The notes under the pieces: model-generated
What the model saw: only the letters and a program-made list of their open reading frames with translations
What the model was told of the DNA's origin: nothing
Database searches by the model: none
Shown: piece after piece, positions 19,724 to 31,700 of the stretch
How the letters are laid out: each line of letters begins with the position of its first letter
Position numbering within the stretch: the first letter of the stretch is position 1
DNA from: an uncultured bacterium
Lineage (GTDB): Bacteria; Patescibacteriota; Saccharimonadia; UBA4664
DNA length: 64,000 bases
Reading direction: 5' to 3'
Assembly: GCA_963720265.1 (NCBI GenBank)
Contig: CAVRET010000001.1
Coordinates: forward strand, 325,916 to 389,915
Position numbers and translations under genes: made by a program

Positions 19724-22700
19724 GTGATTTATCGATCTGGGATCAGACGCATAAATAAATCAGTTTTACCTCGTATGCGCCTGACTCTGATTGGAGTGGG
19801 GCTGCTTTTGGGTAGTTTGGCAATGCTTGTGCCAAGTACGTCTAAGGCTTCGAGCAGCAGCGTCAATGGAACCATTAATTTCCAGGGGCGGCTGCTGACG
19901 GCGGCCGGGGCGGTAGTGCCAGATGGCAGCTACAACATTGAGTTCAAGCTCTACAAGAACGGTAATGGGCAGTCGGCCGGCGATAGTGGGGGGAGTCCAG
20001 CTGGCAGCCTCTTGTGGACTGAAGACTGGGTCTACGGTACTGGTTCGCCGGACAACCGGGTGGTGGTGAAGAACGGGTACTTCTCGGTCCAGCTTGGAAG
20101 TATTACTGCGCTGCCGAGCAACCTGTCGCTCGATGAAAGCAACTTGTGGCTCAGTATGAACATTGAGAACCCAACCGGCGCGACGTTGCAGTGTACTGGT
20201 TTTTCAAGCAACTCCCCAACCGGCTGTTCCGGCGGCGATGGTGAAATGACGCCGATGAAGCAACTGGGTGCGGCGCCGTATGCGATTAACGCGGCCAACG
20301 CCAACCAAGTTAACAGCTACGGTTTGAGCAACAACTTTTTGGATCTGGCGGCACCCTCAGGCATTAGCGCTGCTAACGGCAGCGCCGGTTCAGTGCCGGG
20401 TACAGTGTGTTACACGGTGACGGCGACCAACGCCAACGGCGAAACCGTTGCCACTAATAATTCCGGTACCGTGACTCCGGGCGGCACGCATGTAGTGAAC
20501 GTAACCTGGTCGCAAGTGACCGGTGCTACAGGATACAAGATTTACCGTAATACGAGCTGTTCGTTTACCAGTGGCTCGCTGTTTTTGACTACTATTACGA
20601 GTGGTTCCATTACGACCTACCAGGATACGGCAACTTCGACCAGCGCCGGCTTACCGCCAACCACGGTGACCGGCGGTACGGTTGATATCCAGGCCTGGAG
20701 CTCACAGACGTCCAACCTGTTGCAGCTGCAAAACTCGTCCGGTACTAATGTGTTGAGCGTGGACCCATCTGGAGACACAACTGTGGCAGGTGTTATTACG
20801 GTGGCCGGCGGCGCGGCGCAAGACATTACAACAGCCGGCGCTGCGACTGCTACAGCTATTACTATCCAACCCGGTACCTCGAGTACCGCCAGCACCGGTG
20901 CGACTCTCAACTTGCAAGGCGGTAATGATTCTGGAACTTCGGGCGTAACGGCCGGCACGGTGGCGATTCAGGGCGGCAATGCAACTGGAGCCAGCGGCAC
21001 TCGAAATGGCGGCAACGTCACTATTGACGCCGGTACGGGCGCTAACGCAAACGGTAGTATCACTATCGGTGGCACAGCATCCGGCACCAATACAACTGGA
21101 GTTACGGTGAATGTGGCCACTGATGCCACCGCTTCGGGCAAGACCGACACGATTAATATTGGAACGGGCAACGGAGCCGGTGGTTCGGGTACCGCCAAGG
21201 CAGTCAATATCGCGAGTGGTACACCCGGAGGGACCGAGATAAATACCGTATTAATCGGGTCGCTTGCAAATGCCAGTACTACTACCCTTCAAGGCGGCAC
21301 CTCTGGCACGGGCATCGCGCTCACCACCGGCAGTGGCGGCACAATAGCGCTAACTGCGGCTGGGGCCGGCAATGTGACGGTGACAGCAACCAACGCGTCG
21401 CTCAACTCAAGCGGCGTGCTGAATGTGGTGGGCGGTTCAGCCGGTTTTAATATCGGTGGATCGACTACGACCGGGAATTATCTGCGTAATAATGGTACGA
21501 ATTTTGTGTCGAGCGCCATCCAATACGGCGACATCCCGACCTGTGGCGGCACCTGCAACTACATTGGCAACCAGATTACGACGCAATCCAACGCTAACTT
21601 TAATATCAAAAGCGCGGCCTCAAGCTCCGTCGGCGGTGCCATTCAGGGCGCCACTAGCCAGACGGCAGATCTGTTTGATCTGCGAGATTCGACTGGCGCT
21701 AATCTTTTGAGCGTTAGTGCGGCCGGGAACCAAGAACTTGGTGGCTACGAAGACGTGTCCGGCATGGGTGGGTTTGGCTCGTTTGGGAATTTGCTGCTGC
21801 AATCTGAGGCCCTGGATCAGACGGGCGACTGGACGGCTTCCAACATTACGGTGACAGCGAATAACACGGTTGCACCGGACGGCACAACCACGGCCGAGAA
21901 ACTGGCCGCTACCGTCTCGGGTACACACAGCATGACGCAGATTTGTACTACGGGATGCACAACCAACTCGGTTACGTACACTTACAGCATCTGGGTCAGG
22001 GCCGACGCTGCCAATAATCCGACTAACGTTCAATTACGTATTGACTGGAACAATGGTTCAGGCCAAACGGGTACTGCGGCTACGTTCTCCGCTACCACCA
22101 CGTGGCAGCGCTTTAGCGTAACACAAGCGGTAAGCGCTTCGGGCATGGTTTCGGTAACGCCGACCTTGCTAGTAAGCACAAATAGCGTGACTGTTTATGC
22201 GTGGGGCGCACAGTTGAATTTGGGCTCGACTCCCGGCGTGTACGAGCAGACCGTTCTCAGCCAGATCATCGCCGGGGAAGGAGAGGCCCTTAACGGTTAT
22301 CTCACGATTGTGTCGCCGAGCAACGGCGGTATCACGAGGATTGATGGCTACGGCAACATGAGTTTAGCCGGGCAGCTTACTACCGGTGATATGGCTACGT
22401 TGAATACGTATACTACCAGTGACAGCGCACTTCAGGCAGTGCAAGTAGGTTCCGGCTTTACCGTGCCAACGGCCATTATCGACGGCGGCACGTCGCCGGG
22501 GGCAGGGGCGGACTTGCTCCAGCTACAAAGTAATGGAACGCCGGTGGCGCGGTTTAATAACGCGGGCAATTTATTTGTGGCTAGTGCTATTAACACGCAA
22601 ACAGGTGGTGGGACGTTATCGGTTCAGACAACTGGCAACGGTGCGATAACGACCGGCTCCGGACTTCTTACCGACGGGGGCAACCTGACGGTCCAGGGTA

Positions 22701-25700
22701 CGACTACCACATTGGGAGCGACGGGTTCCGCTAATACTTTGGGATTCGCCAACACCACGGCGGCCACGGGTGCAACCATTGATTTTGCCAGCACCTCGGT
22801 CGGCATTGGTAATAGTTTGACCGTCCAGGGACAAACGGGGGCAGCAACAGATGCCGGTGGCGCCGTCAATGTCTACGGCGGTACGGGTGGTACGACTGGT
22901 GGTGGCGGACTCGTGACCATCCAGGGAGGCGCCGCCTCGGCCACGTCGGGTTCGGCCGGCGGCGGCGTTGACATTTATGGCGCCAATGGCACGGGCACAA
23001 GTACTGGCGGCGCCGGTGGCTCGGTTGCGATTCAGGCTGGCAACGGTACGTCAAGCGGCAACAACAGCGGTGGTAATGTCACGCTGCAGGCCGGTAGCGC
23101 CAGCGGGAGCGGAGCGACAGGCAGCGTGGTGGTAAAGAATGCGGCTAACTCGAGCACGGCACTCCAGCTGCAGGACACCGCTGGGGTGGACGTATTGGAC
23201 GGTTCAACCAGCACGACTAATCTAGTATCACAACCGGATATAACCGGCAGCACAGCTTCGAGCTGGGCGGTCAAGAATGGATCCTCAGCACCTGTTGGCG
23301 ATACGTCAAACCCATATGAGACGACCTCATCGATTAAGACGGTTGCTAGTGGTTCTACCGCCTATTCCGGTATGCAGACCTCCACATTTACTTCCGCACT
23401 GGTTCCAAATGACTACTATCAGCTTACTTTTTGGGCCAAGTGTTCGGGTACTATTGGAACGTTTACCTTCGGACGTCAGGACGTGTCGGGCACTGACATT
23501 AACTACACGACGACCACCTGCAACACCACTTGGCAACAGTACTGGGCAACGTGGCAGGCCGGCGGCACGCTGACTTCGCCCAACATTTACATCGACGCCG
23601 GTACTCCGGCCAATGCTACCACGATTTGGGTCGACGGCGTCACGCTCAATCAGGTAGGGGGGCTGGCTACCGGCCCATCCAACTACCAGCCCGGAACGGT
23701 TTATATACCTGGCGTGATCGGCTCGCCGGTGACGTTTGAAAATTCTGCCAACTCAGCCGGCGCGTTCCAGGTACAAAATTCGGCCGGTGCAAACATTTTA
23801 AACGTTAATACCAGCACATCGACCGTCACTGTTGGATCTAGCGGCAACGACAATGTGAGTCTGGCAGTTGATAACACTGACGGGACGGCGGCGATTGAAG
23901 TACGCAGCGGCGGTAGCGCCAGCTACGATACGTTTGTTGGCGTAAATTCCGGTGCCAACAACGCGCTTAACGTCGGTTCGACGCAGGGCTACCAAAATAC
24001 AGGGTTTGGTAATGGAGCGCTTCAGTCTAATTCGACTGGTTCATATAATACTGGCCTGGGGGTTTACGCGCTTAACGCCAACCACAGCGGCTCGGACAAT
24101 ACGGCGGTTGGTAATGGTGCGTTGAACGTAATGAATGGCGGCTCCGATGACGATGCTTTGGGCTTCCAATCGCAATATGATAACTCGAGTGGTAGTTACA
24201 ACGTGTCCATCGGCAGCTACTCGCAGTACTACATCGGTGGCAGCGACAATACTTCATTGGGTTACCATAGCCTTACGAATTCATCTGATACGACCGGCGC
24301 TGATAATACGGCTCTTGGGTACAATGCGGCTAGTACTGACTCGGCTAGCGGATTTGTCAGCGATCTTAATTTGCAGAATGCGACTGCTATCGGATACGAC
24401 TCCGAGGTGCAAGCGAACAACAGTTTTATTCTGGGTGGCCAGGGTTCAAACGCTGTGAACGTGGGCATTGGCACCACGATTCCGCTCAACACTCTGAGTG
24501 TAAGCCCGGCTAATTACAGCACTGGAACGGCCGAAATTGCGAGCACGGGCACTACGGTTACAGGCAGCGGTACCACCTGGACAAACGCCATGGTGGGCAT
24601 GCAATTTATCTTTATGAATGGTGAGACGGGTACGATTACGGCCGTGGCGAGTACAACGAGTCTAACGATTAGCGCATCCCAGGCGGCCACCGGTGGGTTC
24701 ATAAATTACCGCATCCAAACCCCGGGATTTAATGTTACGAGCAATGGCGCTGCGTTCATACAGGCTACTAATTCTTCGGCCTTTGCAGTTCAGAACGCGC
24801 AAGGCGAGAGTGATCTTGTGGCAAATACCACAGACTCAACCAATTTCATTCTCGATTCCGATATGGTGCTAAATAGCGGCACCAGCCTAGTCGATTGGTC
24901 GGCGGTGAGCTCCGCTACAGTGACGCAAAATACAACGCCAACCGATAGTTACCTTGGCAATACCTCAATGAACCTTACTACGACTAACGCGTCTTCGGGC
25001 CAAGGCGCTACCACTACGGCGTTTACGCCCAGTCTGCCAACTGGCAGCGGTACGGTTTATACGGTGTCGTTTGAAGCCATGATGAGCACCGGTACGTATG
25101 CAGCTAGCAACCTAAAGATGATCGCGACCGGCGGCGGTACGCCTTCGTGCACTGGTTCCGCCAGCGAGACGATTAATGCCAACGGTTTCCAGCAAGTTTC
25201 CTGCACCTGGGCGGCTGATTCCGGCACTATTTCAGGCCTTTCCATTCTTGACCAAACCGCCAACGCTATGACCATGTACATCGACGACGTGCAGCTGCAG
25301 ACGGGAACGGCGGCTACAGCTTTTAACCTTGGCACCTTGCAGCTCAAGGGTGTTATAACGAGCCCGGTGGCGGTGCAGAATGTCGTTAACTCCACCACGG
25401 CGCTCCAGGTCCAAAATGCCTCCGGCTTCAATGTGCTCACGGTTGATACTCTCGACAACTCGGGCCAGGGTCAGGTTATTCTGGGGGCTGCCAGTCACAA
25501 TAACGGTGCGCTTGTGTTCGATAACAGTACGAACTCAAACACGGTGTCGCTTGTGAGCGGCGCAACAAGCGGCAGTGGCTACAGTCTGACGTTGCCGACC
25601 TCCGGGCCAACGTATAACCAGTGTCTACAAACCGGCAATTCAAGTACTACGCAGCTACAGTTCGGTCCCTGTGCGACTGCCAACGCCAATTTGACCAAGG

Positions 25701-28700
25701 TAGCTGAATCGGATGAGCACTCCGGAAATGCATTGACCTTTACTCCGTCCAAGATCGGGGACGAGATTGTGCTGTTCTATAGCTCGACAACGGCCAGCGT
25801 TACTGTGTCCGCCATGAATACCACGTCGGGGACGGGCGTTACTACGTGGACAAAAGTCACCAGTGCAACTGGCACCAAAGGTGACGTTGACATGTGGATG
25901 GGCCAGGTGACCGGAACCGGTTCAACGACGGTCACGGCGACTGTAACCGGATCACCATCCACGTTTGAACTGACGCAGATCGAGTATACGACCTCCGGTG
26001 TCAGCTCAGGTACGGTGTGGCAGATGACAAATTCCAACACCAACTACATTACGGTCGCGACCACGACGGTGACCTGGCCAAGCTTTGTGGCCCCAGCCAG
26101 CCAGGAGGCCTACGTTGGGTACGATTCAAACGTTGGTGGGACACCTAGCACATCTGGAACGGGTCCGTTTACGTACACCCTTACCGGCGCCAACAACATG
26201 TGGGTGTATGATTCGTCGACCGTATACGGGTCAACGTATGCGCCGACGACAACTGTGGCCTCATCGTTCCCGGAGACCATAGGCGGACTACTTATCGCGT
26301 ACAATCCTTCGTCCATCTCCAATTCCACTGCTACACAGGTAGCTAATTTCAATGTCCAGGCGGCGACGAGTGGATCGGTGGCGGGCTTGCTGCAGGCGAA
26401 TGCAGCCGGTAGTGGTGACATACTGGATCTGGAAAATGGCAGCGGCAACCTGGTCGATAACGTCACGAGCAATGGTGTGCTCCAGGTGCAAAGCGCCAGC
26501 GGCGTGAATGTGCTAACGGCTGATAATACGATTGACGCCGTGACGCTTGGGGGCGCTGCCGCGCCGAGCTATGTGAATGAGTGGGAGGCCAACTCCACCA
26601 GTGGCTACCCGACGATTTCGGCATTCTCCCCTACCACCATTGGTGACGTTATGGTTGTAGCAATTAAGACCGTGCCGGGGAACAAGGTTACGTCGGTGAC
26701 GGATACAGATGTGAGCGCCTGGCACTACGTGACGTATAACAACGGAAACGTGCATGAAGAGTTGTGGTACGGCACGATTACCTCAACGGCGTCAACTACC
26801 ATGACGTTTAACAGCATCTCCGGAACGCCTTGTACGGCCGGCGTGAGCTGCGAAATTGTGGCCGAGGAATTCACGGCCGGTTTGGGCGCTAATACTAACT
26901 GGTTTGCCACCACGAGCAATACGACAACAACCGGTTCGCCCTCCTCGACCATTTCTTTCCCGTCTCTTAAGGCCACCGTTACCAACGGCTTGTACTGGGG
27001 CTTCGCATATTCGGGCGGTACGGCTGGCAGCTGTATAACCGGCGGCTTTACTTGTCTCACTACCCCCAAGGGTAACGACGTGATTTATGACCCGACAATG
27101 GTGAATGGCACTACGTATTCTCCAACCGCCAACAATACTAGCAACGTTTACGACACGCTTGGCATGATTTTGGTGGCCTCTACCTCGAACCTTAACGTGG
27201 TTGGCACGACCCAGTTGAACGGTGCCGTGACATCACCGGTGGTATTCGCCAATTCTGTTAATTCCGCGACTGCATTCCAGATCCAAAATGCTTCTGGTGC
27301 GGATGCGTTCTTGGTCGACAATACCAACAGCGGCCTGGTCCAGAGCGATGACACCCTGCAGATTGGCCCGGGATCTCCTGGTACTACGACGCCGAAATTC
27401 CTCTACCTGTCGGATGTGACCTCAAATGGAGCCGGTAACCCACTCATTATTGGCCAGTGGAATAGTCCCGGTAACTGGGGCATTGGGCCAAATAGCAACG
27501 CTAATGACAATACTCTTAGGCTTGGTGTGACGACCGCCAATGGTGTGAACACTTGGAGTACAACGCAGAACGTCAGCCTGCTCGTGGCCGGTACGCTGGC
27601 GGTTCAGCCCACGTCTGGCAATGATTCGACTTCTGCCTTCCAGGTGGCGAGCTCAGCTGGTACTAACCTTGTTAACGTTGACACTGCAAATGGCAACGTT
27701 AATCTGGGCATTAGCAGCTCAACGCCGGCGCTTGGCGATACTGCCGGATCCGGGACTGCTGATACGGTATATGCGAACACGATACACGCGGGCAGGTTCC
27801 AGGCTAGCTATACCGGTCCAATCACTTCTATTTCGGCATACGTCGGTCAAGGCGGTCTTGATGGCACCAACAAGTTGTACCAGGTTGCACTTTATACGGA
27901 TACCACCTGTTTCGGTCATCAATGCCCGGGGACCTACATTGCCTCAAGTGCGCAGGGCACCTTATCGGGTTCAGCCACGTGGGATACGGCAGCTGTCTCG
28001 GCCACGGTTACGGCCGGCACATATTATTGGCTGGCATATACGTCAAATTCAACGATTACCAATGACAACACATTGTCATATAACACGGCTGCAGCCGGCT
28101 CTCTAGATGAAGAAACGGGTTTCACATTTGGGAGCGGCCCCTCGAATGGTTTTCCAACAACATTCGTATATCAGCCGCCTCAAGCGGGGTACTCGTACAG
28201 TATTTATGCAACGTACGGTTCCGGTTATGCGACTACGATAAATAGCAGCGGAACCTTGACTCAAAACGCCGCCGCGGTGTTTAAGGATGAGACGAGCTCG
28301 GCCACCGCACTCCAGGTGCAAAACACCGATGGTGAATCGGTATTCCAGACCGGGACCACTCAAGCGGTTGATGGTATTACAAATTACGTCGCCGATTCTG
28401 AATTCGCGCTTGGCAGTGGTGCTTGTCCGCTCACCGACTGGTCTGTCGTGGGCTCACCAACTACTTGTGCCCAAAATACGACTGCGGCGAATAGCTATGA
28501 GGCCGACACGTCCTTGCAGCTCGTAACCACGGCGTCGGCTGGGCAAGGCGCATCTACCAGCACCTTTACCGCCACCCCAACCACTACTTCTAGTGGCCAG
28601 GGTTCAATCTGGACAGTGTCATTTTATGCTGAGCAGACGAGTGGTACTACTCCGATTACAGGTGCCAACCTGACCGCGGCGACGACGGGTGTCGTGAGCT

Positions 28701-31700
28701 CAAATACGTGTACGATTAATGGTTCCACTTCTACCCCCTTGTCTGCCACGGGATTCGCGCAAGTCGTGTGTACTCTGACGTATAGCTCAGGTGGTAACAT
28801 TACGGGGCTGACAATCGAGACCTCCGGAACTGTCACAGCGGACACGATTTATTTGAGCAATGTGCAATATCAGGTTGGTACGGCAACTACCGGCTTCGTG
28901 ACGGCGCCTCAGATTGGCCAGCTGTCATTGCGAGGCGTGATCAACACACCAATCGAGATGCAAAACAATGCTAATTCGTCGACCGCCTTCCAAATTCAAA
29001 ATGCCGGCGGTAATGCACTTGTAGACGTCAACTCCAATAACGTCAACATTAATACGACGTCGGTAAACGGCACGGGTCTTAGCACGGTCAACTCGGCGAA
29101 GGAGTGGTCTGTGCTGGAATCAACCACTGTTGTCGCCAACCCGGCCACTAATTCCTACACCTGGACGAACGGGGTGTCGCCGCATACTGTCGGCAACGTC
29201 ATGGTTATGGGCATCGGTATAGCTTCAACAACCTTTAGCGTCAGCAGTATCACGGGCGGCGGGGTCACGAACTGGCATAAGATTACGGCTAACGCGCCAG
29301 GTACTACCGACCATACCGAGCTGTGGTATGGCACCGTTACGTCAGCTGGAACCACCAATGTTGTCATAAACTTCTCTGGTACCGTGAACGTTCCCACTGA
29401 ACTAATTAACCAAGAGTTTACTGCTGGCTTGGGTGCAGGTACCAATTGGTCGGTTACAACATCGGGTCAGCAAAGTAATGGGTCTTCGACCAGCATGACA
29501 TTTCCCAGTCTCACCTCGGGCGCCAATGGCGGAATATATGTTGGCTATGGGAATGAGGCAGCCAACAATGCGACTGTCGGCACTAGCCCTGGATTTACCT
29601 TTGAACCTACGCCCACTAATTTGGACATGTATTTGTACAATCCCAGTCTGGCGGCGAACACCGTTTACCAGCCGATCGCTGGTATTACGGGTGCCGCAGT
29701 ATCGAATGTTACGGGGGCTATCCTGACCGCTTCGGCCGATAACACTTTTAGTACTAACGGCTCTACAGTTGTGGGTGGTGCGGCTTCACAAACAGCCTTC
29801 CAGGTACAAAATGCTTCAGGTGGATCGGTGTTTAACGTCGATAGCTCGAACAACATCATTAGCCTGGAATCGGGCTACTCCGGCACGATCGGGAGTTGGC
29901 AGCCCGACACCAACTCGCTTCCGGCTATAATGGGCACCGGCGCGGCCGTGGCGGCCAATGGGTACGTGTACGAGGAAAGCGGCAGTAATAACGGTACTGT
30001 TAATGGTGATCTCTACTCCGCTAAGTTGAACCCTGACGGCACTGTTGGCACATGGTCTGCGGCTCTTACCGTCCCGAGTACGCCAGTAAAATTTGAGGCG
30101 ACGGTGGCGACCAACGGCTATATCTATGAATTGGGCGGCACGAATAACGGTGGCACTGATCAAAGCACTGTACAATACGCCCAAATTCTACCAAATGGCA
30201 CGTTGGGGGCCTGGAGTACCACCACAGTTCTACCGGCATTAACCTCGCGAGCGGCGGCCGTGGCGGCCAATGGTTACATTTATGTGATTGGCGGTGATAC
30301 CGCCGGCGGCACTACCGGCAGTACCATCGTCTACTACGGCAAGGTTAACGCTGATGGCACGATATCCAATTGGACCACTGGCGGGGCCCTTACTGCGGCT
30401 AGCCGTGATATTCAAGCCGTTTACGCGAATGGCTACATCATCGCGGCCGGCGGTGGCGACGGCACGAACGCGCAGACCACGGTGCAAACCTCTGCCGTAC
30501 CGGCGGCCGGCGGTGCCAACGGCGCCTTCTCAACCACCGGAGACACGGCGCTGACGGGCGGTCGGGCTCAGGCCACCATGGGCGTGGCAAATGGTTACGT
30601 GTACGTAGTGGGCGGCCGCAATACCGACAGTACCAACGCGCCGCAAACTAGTACCTATTACGGCCAGCTCAACTCGGCCGGCCAAATTGGCAGCTGGAGC
30701 AGCGTAAGCACGGCCGATGCCCTTCCTATACCCGTGTTCGGTCATTCAATGGTGACCGTGAACGGCTACATGATCATTATGGGTGGCTTCAACTCGAGCG
30801 GCACATTGGTAAGCGGCGTGTACACTGCTACTACTGCCAGGATAGCGGTCGACGCCTCGCTCGATCTCGTGGGTTCGAGTTCGGGGACTTTGGCTGACGG
30901 CGGCGATCAAAGCACCGGCAGTTCGGGGGGGTCGCTGACGGCGGGTAATACCAACATCGTTGGCAGCCTGCAGGTGGCTGACCAGGCTGACTTTAATTCG
31001 AACATTTCTGTTGACGGCAACCTTGTTCAAGACGGCGACAGTTACGAAAACAGTTCCCAAACGACCGGTACTGCCTTTACGCTAACAGATAGCAGCCTTA
31101 CGACCGGTACGCTTGCCACCTTCACGACCGGCACGAGTACGACTAACCTGACATCGGGCAACCTCGTTAACGTTGCTACGGTGTCGGCGGTGCAAAGTGC
31201 CGGCAGTCTGGTAAACGTGAGCAATACCGCTAACCTTGTGACGAGCGCAGGCAGTGACGCTGCCAACCTGGTGAATGTCAGCCGTTCCCTTACGGCCACA
31301 ATTTCCGGAGGCACTTCGAACGTGCCGACGGTTGACCCAGCCGGTACGGGTACCGGGCCGGAGAGCTTGAACAATACTACGGGAACGAACAGTTGGAGCA
31401 ACAACTTCACGGTTGCGTCACATAGCAATGAGATACTGTTGGTTCAGGTCGGCTATATTGCTACTAGCTGTGCGAACTATCACCTTACGTCGGTGACGTA
31501 CAACGGCACGGCTATGACTTTGTTGAGCTACAATCAAATGACTAACGACTGCGTTGGCTTCTACTACTTGCTGGCTCCAACAACTGGTAGTGCTAAAGCG
31601 CTCATCGTGAACTCTACGGCCAGCGATAACTTCACGGAAAACATCTCAGCTTGGTACAACGTTAACCAAACCACTCCGTTTACAACGGTAGGCGGAGGTG

